Assembly: GCA_963772365.1 (NCBI GenBank) | Contig: CAVYXA010000003.1 | Span: forward strand, 768,896 to 832,895 | Source of the DNA: an uncultured Verrucomicrobiae bacterium | GTDB taxonomy: Bacteria > Verrucomicrobiota > Verrucomicrobiia > Chthoniobacterales > UBA10450 | Length of the DNA: 64,000 nt | Direction of reading: 5' to 3' | Shown: piece after piece, positions 28,123-39,862 of the stretch | Position numbering within the stretch: the stretch's first letter is position 1 | Layout of the letters: each line of letters opens with the position of its first letter | Translations under genes and position numbers: made by a program | The notes under the pieces: generated by a model | Database searches by the model: none | Told to the model about the DNA's origin: nothing | Seen by the model: only the letters and a program-made list of their open reading frames with translations

Positions 28123-29709
28123 ATGTCGAATCCCGAGCCGACCCCCCGGGACACAGCGCGGGGTGCCGTCCGTCCACCCGTGCGGTCCCTGCTCGCCACC
28201 TTGCGCTCCACCGTGGCCGGGCTCAGGCATGCGCGTCATGACGGGGATGAGTCCTCGGGGTCGATCCATCGCCTGGTTCTGGCCCTGCTCGACGCCGGGA
28301 TCGCTGACGGGCGGCCGGACATACTGCGCGCGGCGGAACAGATTCTCTCCTCGACGCTCTCCGAACTCCCGGCCTCGGCCGAGGGGTTCGTCGCCCTGCT
28401 GCCCGCCGAATCCGGACCCCCAGGCGAGCAGGTGGTTCTGCTGGTCGAGGACGATCCCCTCTTTGCCGCCACGGTCGAGGCCGCTCTCCGTTGCCCGGGG
28501 CGTCGCATCGAGATCGTCGGCAACGGGGCCGAGGCACGCGCCAGGCTGGCCCGCGAGCCAGTGGCGCTGGTGATCCTCGACCTGATCCTCCCCGACGGTG
28601 ACGGCCGTAACCTCCTGCTGGAGATCCGCTCCGATCCGGGCACGGCGGGGCTCGCCCTGTTCGTCGTCTCGGCCAGGCTCGGTACCCAGACCAAGGGCGA
28701 GTGCTTCGCCCTCGGAGCCGACGCCTACTTCGAGAAGCCACTCGACCTCGCCGCCTTCTCGGTGGCGGTCGGCGCCCGACTCGAGCGGAGTGCCGATCGA
28801 GGCCAGATCTCGCGCCGGGACCTCGTCACCGGGCTGGCCAACCGGGCGGCGTTTCTGGAAAGCGCCGGACACCTGCGGAAGAAGAGCCCACCAGGGACCG
28901 CCTTCGCGCTCGCCATCCTCGACCTGGACCACTTCCGCTGGGTGGAGGAAACCTGGGGGCGGCAGTTCGCCGATTCGGTCCTCCGGCGGGCCGGGATCCG
29001 GCTGGCCATGTCGCTCCAGCAGGCGGCCTGTTTCGCCCGCTGGGATGGGGCCGAATTCATCGCCCTGTTCGCGGGTCGAGGAGCCGAGGAAGCCGGTGCG
29101 GCGGTGGCGGACGCGCTGGAGTCGCTGCGGCAGGTGGACTTCCGCCAGGGGCAGGACCAGCTTCTCACGCTGACCTTCTCGGCGGGAGTCGTGGATGCCC
29201 CGGCCGATCAATCCATCGAGGATGTCCTGGCCGCCGCCGACCGCCTCTGTTACCTGGCCAAGACCGGTGGAAGGAACCGGGTCGTGTCGGGCGAGCCGGG
29301 CGGTTCCGCACCGCAGCTGCGGATCCTGGTCGCGGAGGACGATCCCGATATCACCCGGATTCTCAGCCGCCAGCTCCGCCGGGAGGGGTTCGACCCGGTG
29401 GTCTTCAGCAATGGCGCGGATGCGCTCGCGGCCTTTCCGGCCAGCGGGGCCGCCATGGTGATCACCGACATCGAGATGCCTACGATCGACGGGCTGAGTC
29501 TCCTCGCCGCGCTCCGCGCCCACCCGACCGGACGGCATCTGCCCATCATGATGCTGACCGCGATGGGCGACGAGAGCTTCATCGTACGGGCCTTCGAGCT
29601 CGGCGCCGACGACTATCTCACCAAACCCTTCTCCGCCCGGGAGCTCACCGCCCGCATCCGGCGTCTGCTCCGGCGGCCGTCGGTAACGGGGATTCCGGCG
29701 ACAGCGTAG
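28123..29709 (+). CDS. REC-GGDEF(degenerate)-REC protein
   Basis: VEDD..LDL..KP receiver, DLVTGLANR, DLDHF, RWDGAEF, AKTGGRNRV, second receiver AEDD..TDIEMP..KPF. Confidence 0.88.
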   Translation: MSNPEPTPRDTARGAVRPPVRSLLATLRSTVAGLRHARHDGDESSGSIHRLVLALLDAGIADGRPDILRAAEQILSSTLSELPASAEGFVALLPAESGPPGEQVVLLVEDDPLFAATVEAALRCPGRRIEIVGNGAEARARLAREPVALVILDLILPDGDGRNLLLEIRSDPGTAGLALFVVSARLGTQTKGECFALGADAYFEKPLDLAAFSVAVGARLERSADRGQISRRDLVTGLANRAAFLESAGHLRKKSPPGTAFALAILDLDHFRWVEETWGRQFADSVLRRAGIRLAMSLQQAACFARWDGAEFIALFAGRGAEEAGAAVADALESLRQVDFRQGQDQLLTLTFSAGVVDAPADQSIEDVLAAADRLCYLAKTGGRNRVVSGEPGGSAPQLRILVAEDDPDITRILSRQLRREGFDPVVFSNGADALAAFPASGAAMVITDIEMPTIDGLSLLAALRAHPTGRHLPIMMLTAMGDESFIVRAFELGADDYLTKPFSARELTARIRRLLRRPSVTGIPATA

Positions 29710-29794
29710 TTGCCGGTGGCGCCGCAGTTGTGCGTCGCCAGGGGAACCAGATCCGACCTTACCGAGACTCCCGGCGCGCACTAGAATAGCCGGC

Positions 29795-31165
29795 GTGCAA
29801 ACCCAACCCGCAGTCACATATCGCAGAACGCTCGGCCTCTTTTCCGGCACGATGGCAGTGGTGGGTGGCGTCATCGGCTCCGGCATCTTCATCAACCCTG
29901 CGATCGTCGCCCAGCGAGTCGGTACCGCCAACGGCACCCTCGGAGTCTGGGTCCTCGGCGGCATGGTCGCCCTGATCGGGGCCTTCTGCTTCGGCGAGCT
30001 GGGGCAGCGACGCCCCCAGGCGGGCGGGAGTTACATCTACATTCGCGAAGCCCTCGGGCCGCTACCGGCCTTTCTGTATGCCTGGGGGCTGCTGCTGGTC
30101 ATCGCGACCGGGGCGATAGCAGCGGTGGCCGTGACCTTCGCCAACTATGCGTTGCCGTTGGTGGGAATCGATCAGCGCTATGGGACCGCCGTGGCCGGTG
30201 GCGCCATCGCCCTGTTCACCGTGATCAACTACCTCGGGATCAAGCCGGGGGCGATCACCACCAACATCTTCACCCTGCTCAAGCTGGGGGCGCTGGCGTT
30301 CCTCATCATCGTCGGTCTGGTGATGGGAGGAGCAGGCAATCCGGCGGCGGCAGACCCGGCTCCTGCCGCTGACCCCGCCGCGTCGGCCGTCTTCCTCGCC
30401 ATTGGGGCCGCGCTGGTCCCGGTACTTTTCGCCTACGGCGGCTGGCAGCAGACCAATTTCATCGCGGAAGAGATCATCGAGCCGAGGAAGAACCTGCCAC
30501 GGGCGCTGCTCCTCGGCACCGCCATTGTCGTCCTGGTGTACCTGCTGGCCAACCTGACCTATCTCCGCGCTCTTGGCACCGAGGGCCTGGCAGCCAGCAG
30601 CGCTCCAGCCGCCGACGTACTGCGTCTCCGACTAGGCCATGCGGGCGCCACGATTATCGCGGCCGGGATCGCCGCATCGACGTTCGGATTCCTCAACCTG
30701 GTCATCATGGTTTCGCCCCGGGTCTACCAGACCATGGCGGCGGATGGCCTGTTCATTCCGGCCTTCGCCCGGCTGCATCCACGCTTCCGCACGCCGGGAA
30801 CCGCCCTCATCGTGCAGGGCGTCTGGGCAGTGGTGCTGTTGTTCACGGGGAAATACGGGCAGCTGCTCGACTACGTGGTCTTCTGTGACTGGATCTTCTT
30901 CGGGCTCGCGGTCTACTCCCTGTTCATCATCCGCAGGCGGGATGGGGAAGCTGGAGTGGTCGATCCCCCCGATGCGTTCCGGGTGCCGGGCTGGCCGGTC
31001 ACTCCGCTCCTCTTCCTGGCAGCGGCGGTATATGTGGTGGTGGGTTCGATCAGTTCCAATCCGAAGAACGCGGCCCTGGGGACCGCGATCCTCGCAGTCG
31101 GGGTGCCGGTATACCTCTACTGGAAAAAAACTTCCGAGCTCCGAGTTCCGAGTAGCCGGCAGTAG
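29795..31165 (+). CDS. APC family amino acid permease
   Basis: GGVIGSGIF, PQAGGSY, FAYGGW, MAADGLF, HPRFRTP. Confidence 0.92.
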   Translation: MQTQPAVTYRRTLGLFSGTMAVVGGVIGSGIFINPAIVAQRVGTANGTLGVWVLGGMVALIGAFCFGELGQRRPQAGGSYIYIREALGPLPAFLYAWGLLLVIATGAIAAVAVTFANYALPLVGIDQRYGTAVAGGAIALFTVINYLGIKPGAITTNIFTLLKLGALAFLIIVGLVMGGAGNPAAADPAPAADPAASAVFLAIGAALVPVLFAYGGWQQTNFIAEEIIEPRKNLPRALLLGTAIVVLVYLLANLTYLRALGTEGLAASSAPAADVLRLRLGHAGATIIAAGIAASTFGFLNLVIMVSPRVYQTMAADGLFIPAFARLHPRFRTPGTALIVQGVWAVVLLFTGKYGQLLDYVVFCDWIFFGLAVYSLFIIRRRDGEAGVVDPPDAFRVPGWPVTPLLFLAAAVYVVVGSISSNPKNAALGTAILAVGVPVYLYWKKTSELRVPSSRQ

Positions 31166-31232
31166 CGCCGCACCCAGCAGCGCCGCACCCAGTAGCGCCG
31201 CACTCAGTAGCGCCGCACTGCAGTGCGGCGCT
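31160..31232. repeat. 15-bp tandem repeat (CAGTAGCGCCGCACC-like, 4 copies) with an inverted arm
   Basis: Read directly between convergent genes. Confidence 0.8.
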
Positions 31233-31246
31233 CCTGGCGGGAACCC

Positions 31247-32019
31247 CTAGCTCTTCCTCAGCTCGATACTCCCATTCACCGTCGTCAGCTCCAGCCGTCG
31301 CCCCCCCTTGCCGATCGTCCCCGTGAAACTCACTCCGGCGCATCTTCCCCTGGACCATGATGGGGAAGTCGCTTTCGATCGAGCCGTTGACGGTATTGGC
31401 GGAGACCTCGGCGTCGATGTCCGAGGGGAGGGTGACGGTGATCCCGCCGTTGACGGTCGAGAAGCGCAGGGTCCCGGTCCAGCCTGATTTTCCGATCGTC
31501 GCCGTGACTGACCCGTTCAGCGGTGGTGCCCCGGGCCAGGCCGGCCGCCGTCACTTCGACGTCGCCGTTCACGGTACTGACCTCGGCATCGGCCGGCATA
31601 TCCCGGGCGTCGACATCCCCGTTCACCGTGACGCCGACGAAGTCCACCCCCGCCGGGACTTTCACGTCGAAATTCACTTCCACATCGGTGTCCCGGTAGT
31701 TCTCGTCCCGGTTCCCCCCCGAACGGCAGTCGCTCTGCCGGGAGCGTCGGGTGGGATACAACGCGCAGATAGTCACCCCGTCCGCGTCCTCCACCACCTT
31801 GATCTCCACGTCATCGGGATCGCCCCGGCGGCCGGCCTTCTTCACCGCGGTCACCTCCGCCTCGCTGCCCGAAGCCCGGACCGCGTGCACCCGTCCGGAG
31901 ACACCGCGGATCTCGAGGGTCTTTCCACTCGCCAAGGCCGAATGCCAGCGGAAGTCCTGGGCCTGGGCAGCGCCCGCCGTGACCAGCAAACCTGTTGTGA
32001 CCAGAGCTAACAACCGCAT
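31247..32019 (-). CDS. DUF4097 beta-strand repeat protein, frameshifted
   Basis: Signal peptide and repeated TVNGDV/TVNGSI motifs. Confidence 0.85.
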
Positions 32020-32038
32020 GGTGAGGTTCCTTGGTGAG

Positions 32039-32130
32039 AGCTATGAGCTATGAGCTATGAGCTATGGGCTATGAGCTATGGGCTGGGAGCTGTGAGCCAC
32101 TCATAGCTCATAGCTCACAGCTCACAGCTA
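32039..32130. repeat. Heptamer (GCTATGA)n tract followed by its reverse complement
   Basis: Same motif and layout as 5623-5700. Confidence 0.9.
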
Positions 32131-32973
32131 TTTACGGCCCGATCCCTTCCGCAACCGGACACTTCCGTCGAACGATTCCAGCTCCAGCCGAGCACTGCCC
32201 CGGCCGAGTGTGAAGTCGAGCCGCTTCCGATTACGGGTAGTCCCAGTGATGGTCACCGGGAAGTCGGACTCGAAATCCCCTTCGTAGGTCGACACCGAGA
32301 CTGCGGCATCGATCGAGGGCACCCTGACGGTCACATCGCCATCGTGGGAACTGAGCCGATACCGCCCGGTGCTCTGGAAGGACCCGCTGAACTCGATTCC
32401 GCCGTCGACCGTGCTGGCGTCGACGCTGGTGGCATCGATGTCCTGGAGCAGGACCGCCCCATCGACCGCGCTGATCTGGAGGTCTCCCCGGGAGTTCCGC
32501 ACCGTCACCGAGCCGTCGACGGCGCTGATGTTGATCCGGCCACTGGAGTTCTCGAGCAGCACTTCGCCCTCCACCGACGAGAGAGAGATCCGCCCGGTTC
32601 CACCGTTCACCGTAATCTTCCCTTCGACCGTCTGGACCTGCACCTCGCCCCGGGTGCCGTCGATACCGACGTCTCCGCTGTGGGTATTGATTTCCAGGCT
32701 CATGTCGGCCGGGACGGTGATGCGGTACTCCACCTCGGGCGGGCCGTAGCGGCTCCGCCCCCTCACCCTCACACCGGTTCCGCTCACGTCGACATCCACC
32801 CGGGTGTCGTCGTCATGGGAACCCTGGACCCGGACACTGCTGCGATTCCAGGTGGTAATCGTGACCGCGCCGTCGAAGTTGTCCAGGTTGAGCCGGGACC
32901 CCGCCCGGACCGCGACAGTGGTATCGGTATCCTGGTAGGTGGCGCTGGCCAGTACGGCAAGCAGGAGCAGCAT
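32128..32973 (-). CDS. DUF4097 beta-strand repeat protein
   Basis: Signal peptide and repeated S/A-V-D/E-G-x-V motifs. Confidence 0.87.
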   Translation of the reverse strand: MLLLLAVLASATYQDTDTTVAVRAGSRLNLDNFDGAVTITTWNRSSVRVQGSHDDDTRVDVDVSGTGVRVRGRSRYGPPEVEYRITVPADMSLEINTHSGDVGIDGTRGEVQVQTVEGKITVNGGTGRISLSSVEGEVLLENSSGRINISAVDGSVTVRNSRGDLQISAVDGAVLLQDIDATSVDASTVDGGIEFSGSFQSTGRYRLSSHDGDVTVRVPSIDAAVSVSTYEGDFESDFPVTITGTTRNRKRLDFTLGRGSARLELESFDGSVRLRKGSGRK

Positions 32974-32989
32974 TACGGTCCTTTCGACC

Positions 32990-33640
32990 TCAGCTCACGG
33001 CCCGCCCGATGGCCGCCGCGCGGCGCAACAGGTCGAGCTTCCGGAGCCGGGTCTGGGTCAGATGCCCATGGAGATAGTTGTTGGCCGGGTCGGCAGCGAG
33101 TGCCCGCTCCGCCTCGGTGATGGCCCGATCGATCAGCTCGAGCTTCTGGTTCACGACCCGCACGGTCGCGCTGTCCAGCCGGCTGCTGTTCTGATCGAGC
33201 TCCCGGGTCAACGCCCGGACGGCCGCGTCGTAGCCCCGGGCGTCGTCCGGTGCCGCGGCAGTCGAAACCGAAGGGGCCTGGATTACCGGAGCCTCGGTCG
33301 CGACCTGTCGGGTCGGCCCCTGCCGCAGGACCAGGGCTACCGTCGCGCCGGTCGCCAGCATCAAGGCGATTCCCGCTGCCAGCAGCACCGGCACCGGCAC
33401 CGTCACCCGCCACCGCCGGGCCGGCGCGGCGCCGATGGCCGCTGCCACTCCGGGCCAGAGATCCTCGCGGGGCCCCCGATCCTCCAGCGCCTGGGCCCGC
33501 ACCAGCACCCGGCGCAACTCGGCCAGCAGCACCCCGCACTCGGGGCATCCGGCCAGGTGGCCCGCGACTTCCCGCTCGGCCTCCGGGTCCAGCCCGTTGT
33601 CCAGGTACTCCGACAGCAGTTCGCTCGACGGGTGTGTCAT
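32990..33640 (-). CDS. Zinc-binding (zf-HC2) transmembrane anti-sigma factor
   Basis: LSEYLD..HLAGCPEC, DLWPGV, one TM helix, ALAADPAN. Confidence 0.88.
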   Translation of the reverse strand: MTHPSSELLSEYLDNGLDPEAEREVAGHLAGCPECGVLLAELRRVLVRAQALEDRGPREDLWPGVAAAIGAAPARRWRVTVPVPVLLAAGIALMLATGATVALVLRQGPTRQVATEAPVIQAPSVSTAAAPDDARGYDAAVRALTRELDQNSSRLDSATVRVVNQKLELIDRAITEAERALAADPANNYLHGHLTQTRLRKLDLLRRAAAIGRAVS

Positions 33641-33644
33641 GGTC

Positions 33645-34210
33645 TCACGCCAGGTATTTGCGCAACGCCATCCGCGCGTAATGCAACTGGGATTTCGAGG
33701 TGCCGGCGTTGATGCCCAGCATGCCGGCGATTTCTTCGTGCCGGTACCCCTCGACGTCATGGAGCACGAAGATCTGTCGCGCCCCCTCGGGCAGCTTCTC
33801 GATCGCTGCCTCGAAGTCCACCTGAAGGGCCGGCTGGGCCGATCGGGCCGGCGCCTCCAATCCCGACTCCGGCTCCTCCAGGAACCGCTGCCGGAATCTT
33901 CCCCGGCTGGTGCGGTGATTCAGGATCACGTTGACCGCCAGCCGGTGCAGCCAGGTGCCGAATGCCGCTTCACCCCGGAAGCTTCCAGCTTCTGCCAGGC
34001 CCTGATCAGTACTTCCTGGGTCACATCGTCGCTCTCCTCACCCAGCATCCGGCGAACCAGGGTGTGGATCCGGTTCACGTGCCTCCGGTACAGTCGCTCG
34101 AAGGCATGCGGTTCCCCACTCGCCGCCATGGCGGCGTCGACGGCGTCGGAATCGGCAGCCAGCGTGTCCGAAGTGCGCAGATCAGGTAACCCAGTGGTAG
34201 TAGTGATCAT
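33645..34210 (-). CDS. ECF RNA polymerase sigma factor, frameshifted
   Basis: AFERLYRRH, DVTQEV, FVLHDVEGYRHEEIAGMLGINAGTSKSQL. Confidence 0.9.
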
Positions 34211-34467
34211 GCACCAACTTGGACAGCGTGCATGAGCGCGAAGGTTGGAAGCGAATTACCAGGCCCGATTTCCGCCAGTCCCCCACCAGGGGTGCGTCAT
34301 ACAAGTCGCCTGTCACCAACGACTTAGGACGCCAGCCGCAGGGCCACTCCGGCATTCAAGCCGGCCCGCCCCCAGCCGACAATAGAGCATGTTAGGCAGT
34401 GGTCTGCTCCGGAGCCGGGGACCGGAGGAGAAACGGCGCGTACTTCCCCCGCTCGGACTGGATCAAC

Positions 34468-37400
34468 GTGAGACTGGCACCGCTCCCGGACAACGAATCC
34501 GAGCGACTCGCCGCCCTGGCCCGCTATCAGATACTCGATACCGAGCCGGAGCAGGCCTTCGACGACCTGACCCATCTCGCCGCGCAGATCTGCGGCACGC
34601 CCATCGCCCTGGTCTCGCTGATCGACGCCGACCGCCAGTGGTTCAAGTCGCGCCTGGGAGTGTCTTTCTGCGAAACCTCGCGCGACATCGCATTCTGTTC
34701 CCACACGATCCTCGAATCCGATGTCCTGATCGTCCCCGACGCCACCCGCGACCCCCGTTTCGCGGACAACCCCATGGTGCAGGAGCAGGGCATTCGATTC
34801 TACGCCGGCGCCCCGCTCCGGACCCCCAATGGCTTCGCGGTCGGAGTGATGTGCGTGAAGGACACCGTCCCCCGCCATCTCACCGAGAACCAGATCGAGT
34901 CGCTGCGCCGTCTGGCTCGACAGGCGGTGACGCAGCTGGAACTGCGCCGGGCGTTCTTCGAGCAGGAAGCCGGGGAGGCCGAGCTCAGGGCCTCGCTGAA
35001 TCAGCTGGAGACCCTCATCGCGCTGAGCCCGGTGGGACTCGAGCTGTGCGAGATGGACGGCACCAAGATCAACGTGAACGATGCCTACCTGCGCATCGTT
35101 GGCCACACCCGCGAGGAGACCTTCGGCGTCAGCTACTGGGACCTGACGCCCAAGGAGTATGAGCCGGCGGAGAAGGAATTGCTCCGCCAGCTGGCGGAGA
35201 CCGGACGTTATGGTCCCTACGAAAAAGAGTACCTCCACAAGGACGGCCACCGGGTGCCGGTCCGCCTCAATGGCGTGCGCTATACCGACGCAGACGGCCA
35301 GCAGCGTATCTGGTCGGTGATCGAGGACGTGACCGAGGCGCGGAATCGGCGAACGGGCGCTGAAGGAATCGAAGGAAACCCTCGAATCCCTGATCGCGGC
35401 CGCGCCCGCTGGCATCGTCACGTTCGATGAGGCCGGTACAGTGCTGAGCTGGAGCCCGGCCGCCGAGCGGATGTTCGGGTGGACCGCGGCCGAGGCGATC
35501 GGGCATTTCCTGCCGAACGTTCCGGCCGAACGACGGGGAGACTTCTTCAACAGCTCCAAGGCCAGGATTCTCGCCAGCGACGGTCCGGTCGAGTACGAAG
35601 CCGTCCGGGTGCGGAAGGACGGCAGCCAGGGCTCCTTCATCGTATCCGCCAGCGCGATGAAGGCGGAGCCCGGCTCGCCCCGGGTGTTGTGCGCGGTTTA
35701 CACCGACATTGATGACAGGAAAAAGCGGGAACAGCAGCTGGCGGCCACCAATGCCGAGCTCGATGCGCTGGTGAATGCCTCGCCACTGGGCATCGCAATG
35801 TTGGACACCGAGACCCGGGTCCTCTCGTGGAACCCTGCCGCCGAACGGCTGTTCGGGTGGTCCGCCGCCGAAGTCATCGGTCAGAAACTGCCCATCCTTC
35901 CGGCCAACCTGACACCCGCGATCGAAGCCGCCCTGCGCGAACGGTTCGCCAGGGGGGAGACCCACGAGTACGAGGCGGTGCGCCACCGCCGAGACGGCTC
36001 CCCCGTGAACCTGATCGTGTCGCTCGCCGCCGTTCGCAATGCAACCGGTGAGGTCGACAAACTGGTGGTGATGTACACCGACATCACCGAACGCCGCCGG
36101 GCCGAGGCCACCCTCCGCGAGAGCGAAGAGCGGTTCCGGCACCATGGCCGACCAGGCGCCGGTCCTCATCTGGATGGATGACGCCGAAGGCAACTGCCGA
36201 GTACCTCAACAAAGGCTGGCTGGACTTCACCGGGCGGACTCTCGAGTCTCAGCTGGGGCGGGGTTGGATGGAGTGCCTCCACCCCGAGGATCGGGCCAAG
36301 GTCCACCAGGCCTTCCTGGCCGCCCTCGCCAGGCGGGAGCGCTTCACCATGGATTACCGGGCCCTCCGGCACGACGGCCAGTATCGCTGGATCAAGGACA
36401 CCGGTACTCCACGCTACATGGGAGACGGCGCCTTCGCCGGCTACGTCGGCATCTGCGAGGACGTCACCGACGCCCGGCGTGCCAGTGAACTGCTGGAGCA
36501 GGAGCGGCTGTTCCTGGAGCAGAGTATCCGCAATGCACCGGTGGCGATGGCGATGTTCGACACCGAGATGCACTACCTCGCCTGCAGCCACAAGTGGGTG
36601 ACCGACTACCGGCTGGACGGGGTCCAGATCCTCGGCCGCTCGCACTACGAGGTGTTCCCCAATCTCCCTGAACGATGGAAGCAGCTCCATCGCAAGGCGC
36701 TGGCGGGAGAGATCCTGTCCCAGTCGGAGGATGTGTTCAGCCGGGCGGGCAGCGACATGACCTACCTGCGCTGGGCGATTCATCCCTGGTACCAGCCGGA
36801 CGGGGTAGTCGGGGGTATCGTGATGGTGACCGATGTGATCACCGACCTGGTCCGGGCCCGGCACCAGGCCCTCGAGTCGGCCCGCCTCAAGTCCGAATTC
36901 CTTGCCAGTATGAGTCACGAGATCCGCACCCCGATGAACGGCGTAATCGGGATGACGGGTCTCCTCCTGGATACCGATCTGAGCGACGAACAGCGGGAAT
37001 ACGCCGAGACGATCCGGGCCTCGGGCGAAAGCCTGCTGACCATCATCAACGACATCCTGGACTTTTCCAAGATCGAGGCCGGCAAGCTCGAGCTCGAACG
37101 TTCGACCTTCGAGATCAGCCGGGTGGCCCACGAAGTCAGCGAGCTGCTGCAGCCGCGGGCCCGTGACAAGGGTCTCGAGATGGCGGTGCGGATCGCCCCG
37201 ACAGTGCCCAGCCTCTGCGTGGGCGATGCCGGCCGGATCCGCCAGGTACTGCTCAATCTGGTGGGGAATGCCGTCAAGTTCACCGAGGCCGGCCATGTCC
37301 TCGTCGAGATCCGGCCCCACCCGGAGGCGCCGGGCGAAATTCTCTTCGAGGTCAGCGACACCGGTGTCGGGATACCCCCCGAGAAGCAGCAGAACATCTT

Positions 37401-38880
37401 CGAGAAGTTCACCCAGGCCGACGCCTCCACCACCCGCCGCTACGGCGGCACCGGTCTGGGCCTGGCGATCTCGCAGCAGCTGATCACCCTCATGGGTGGC
37501 GACATCGGAGTCCGGAGCGAGCAGGGCCACGGGAGCACCTTCTGGTTCACCCTCCCGCTCACCAGCTACGCCGAGCCAGTCCGGGCGACGCTCCCGCCAT
37601 TACCAGCGGGTACCCGGGTACTGGTGGTAGACGACGTGTCGATTGTCCAGGAGCTGATGACCGAGCTCCTGGGACATCTCGGCGCGGTGGTGGACCTCGC
37701 CTCCGACGGACCCGGCGCGCTGGCGCAACTTCAGCGGGCCGCGAAGTCGCGGCCCTTCGACGCCGTGGTCCTGGACCTGGCCCTCCCCGGTATGGACGGA
37801 CAGGAAGTGGCACGGGCGATCTCCGCCGACCCCACCCTCGCCGGAACACCGATCATCGCCATCACCGGCGCCAATACCCGCCCCAGGGACGAGGATCTCC
37901 GTGCCGCGGGGGTCGCTACCCTGCTGCGGAAACCGGTCCTGCCCGATCAGCTCCACCTGGAGCTGCTGCGGGCCCTTGGGCTGGTGTCAGCCAGTCACAA
38001 GGCGGCGCGCCGCAGTGGGCCGACCCAGGTAGTGACCGCATCGGGCGTACCGGCGGTAGTGAACGGCGAGCCCGCCGTCTCGCTCCGAGTCCTGGTGGCC
38101 GACGACAATGCGGTCAATCAGCGGGTGGCGGCCCGGATGCTCTCCCGGGCCGGCTGCCGGGTGGACGCGGCATCGGACGGGCGCGAGGCCCTGGACCTTG
38201 TGGGGAAGATCAACTACGACATCATTCTGATGGACTGCATGATGCCCCACATGGACGGCTACGAGGCGACCCAGGCCATCCGGAAGATGGAGGGCCACCC
38301 CGCTACCGTCCCGATTGTCGCCATGACCGCGAATGCCATGCAGGGCGATCGCGAGCGCTGCCTGGCGGCGGGAATGGATGACTACCTCGCAAAGCCGGTG
38401 CGGGCCGAAGAACTGAAGACGATCCTCGAGCGATGGGGCAGCCGTGTCGGCGCCTCGCAAACCCCACCTCCGCCCGAAGCCATCATGCCGAAAGCCACCC
38501 GGAGCCCCGGCCCCATCGACCTGACCGTCCTGGAGGGCTTCCGCGACCTGCAGGAACCCGGGGCGCCCGACGTCATCACCGAGTTCATCGACCTCTTCCT
38601 CGGCGACCTGCCCTCCCGGCTCATCGCCATCCGCGAAGCCGCCACCCTGGGCGACACCGAGCAGGCCCGCGCGGCGGCCCATGCCCTGAAGAGCAGCTCG
38701 GCCTACATCGGCGCGCTCCAGCTGTCCCGCAAGTGCAAGGAGCTGGAGGCAGCGGCCCGTGCCGGTGACCTGGAGCTGGCCCTGCAGTTCTCGGAGGAAG
38801 TGGAGTCGGAGGCCGGCTCGGTGCAGGAGTTCCTGCAACAGTACCGGGTGGAGTCGCCGCCGGGGCAGGCGGTGCCATGA
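34468..38880 (+). CDS. Hybrid sensor kinase GAF-multiPAS-HisKA-HATPase-REC-REC-HPt, two frameshifts
   Basis: ORFs 34399-35430, 35441-36181 and 36178-38880 join. SHEIRTPMN, NAVKFT, DTGVG, GGTGLGL, two receivers, AHALKSSS. Confidence 0.9.
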
Positions 38881-39257
38881 GCGTCAGCGATCTGGACCGG
38901 ACCATCCTGGAGGAACTGATCGATCTGGGCCCGGTCGAGGGTATCGGGCTGGTCCGGGACCTGGTGGGGATCTTCTTCAGCGAAGCCCCGAACCGGATGG
39001 CCCGGCTCCGGAGCGGCCTGGTCGAAGCCGACAGCTTCAAGGTGGCCCAGGCCGCCCACGCCATGGGAGGTGCCGCCGGCGGGATCGGGGCCGTCGGCCT
39101 CTCGAAGCTCTGCACCGGGATCGAGCGTCAGGCCCGGGCCGGGGACCTGACCGGACTCGACCGCGATGTCGCCCGCATTGAAAACGGTTTGCCGGGACTG
39201 GAGGAACGGGTGGGCGAACTGGTCCAGAAACTCACGGCCCAGGCCGAGAGCGCCTAG
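38877..39257 (+). CDS. Stand-alone HPt domain protein
   Basis: AAHAMGGAAGGIGA..L..LC..IE. ATGA overlap with the kinase stop. Confidence 0.85.
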   Translation: MSVSDLDRTILEELIDLGPVEGIGLVRDLVGIFFSEAPNRMARLRSGLVEADSFKVAQAAHAMGGAAGGIGAVGLSKLCTGIERQARAGDLTGLDRDVARIENGLPGLEERVGELVQKLTAQAESA

Positions 39258-39364
39258 GTCCCGAGAACCCAAGGCCCAATGATACATCCGCAGATTTCGC
39301 AGATTCACGCAGATCAAGAACCCTGACAACCGTGGCCGGCGTATCGCAGTGAGGCCAACGGCTG

Positions 39365-39403
39365 GCAACGGCTAACGGCTAACGGCTAACGGCTAACGGC
39401 CTA
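39365..39403. repeat. Heptamer (GCTAACG)n tract
   Basis: Read directly at the stop of the 39401 gene. Confidence 0.85.
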
Positions 39404-39862
39404 CCGTACCTCCGGCCGCCGGAAGACCCCTACCCCGTAGTGGCATGGACTCATCCCGCAGCCGGACATCTTCACGGTGATCCGGTAGGTGCCCGGGAGA
39501 ATCGGCGGAACGACCCTGACCATCGGTGAATTCCCCGGCCCCCGCGCGGCGTCGATCTCATACCCCGTCCCGTTCGCGATCACCAGCTGGAGACCGGTAC
39601 AATCGTCATCGCAGACGCCGAGCACGAGATACTCGGCCTTGCCGGAGACCGGGACCTCGATCCTGGCGGTCTCGTCCACAAACAGGAGACCCGATCGGGC
39701 CGGACCATACTGGCGATAACCGCGATCTCCCAGAGACCGGACTGAGTGCTCGAGGGCGTGGGTCACCTGCTGGTCCCACCGATCACCCTGAGCCGAGAGG
39801 AAACGTGGCAATACGATTGCGGTAGTGAGAACAGCCCGGAATCCGCGCGGCACCCAGCTCAT
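39401..39862 (-). CDS. Hypothetical secreted protein (GVCDDDC motif)
   Basis: Signal-like N-terminus, Cys motifs, start/stop overlap with the upstream gene. Confidence 0.75.
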   Translation of the reverse strand: MSWVPRGFRAVLTTAIVLPRFLSAQGDRWDQQVTHALEHSVRSLGDRGYRQYGPARSGLLFVDETARIEVPVSGKAEYLVLGVCDDDCTGLQLVIANGTGYEIDAARGPGNSPMVRVVPPILPGTYRITVKMSGCGMSPCHYGVGVFRRPEVR

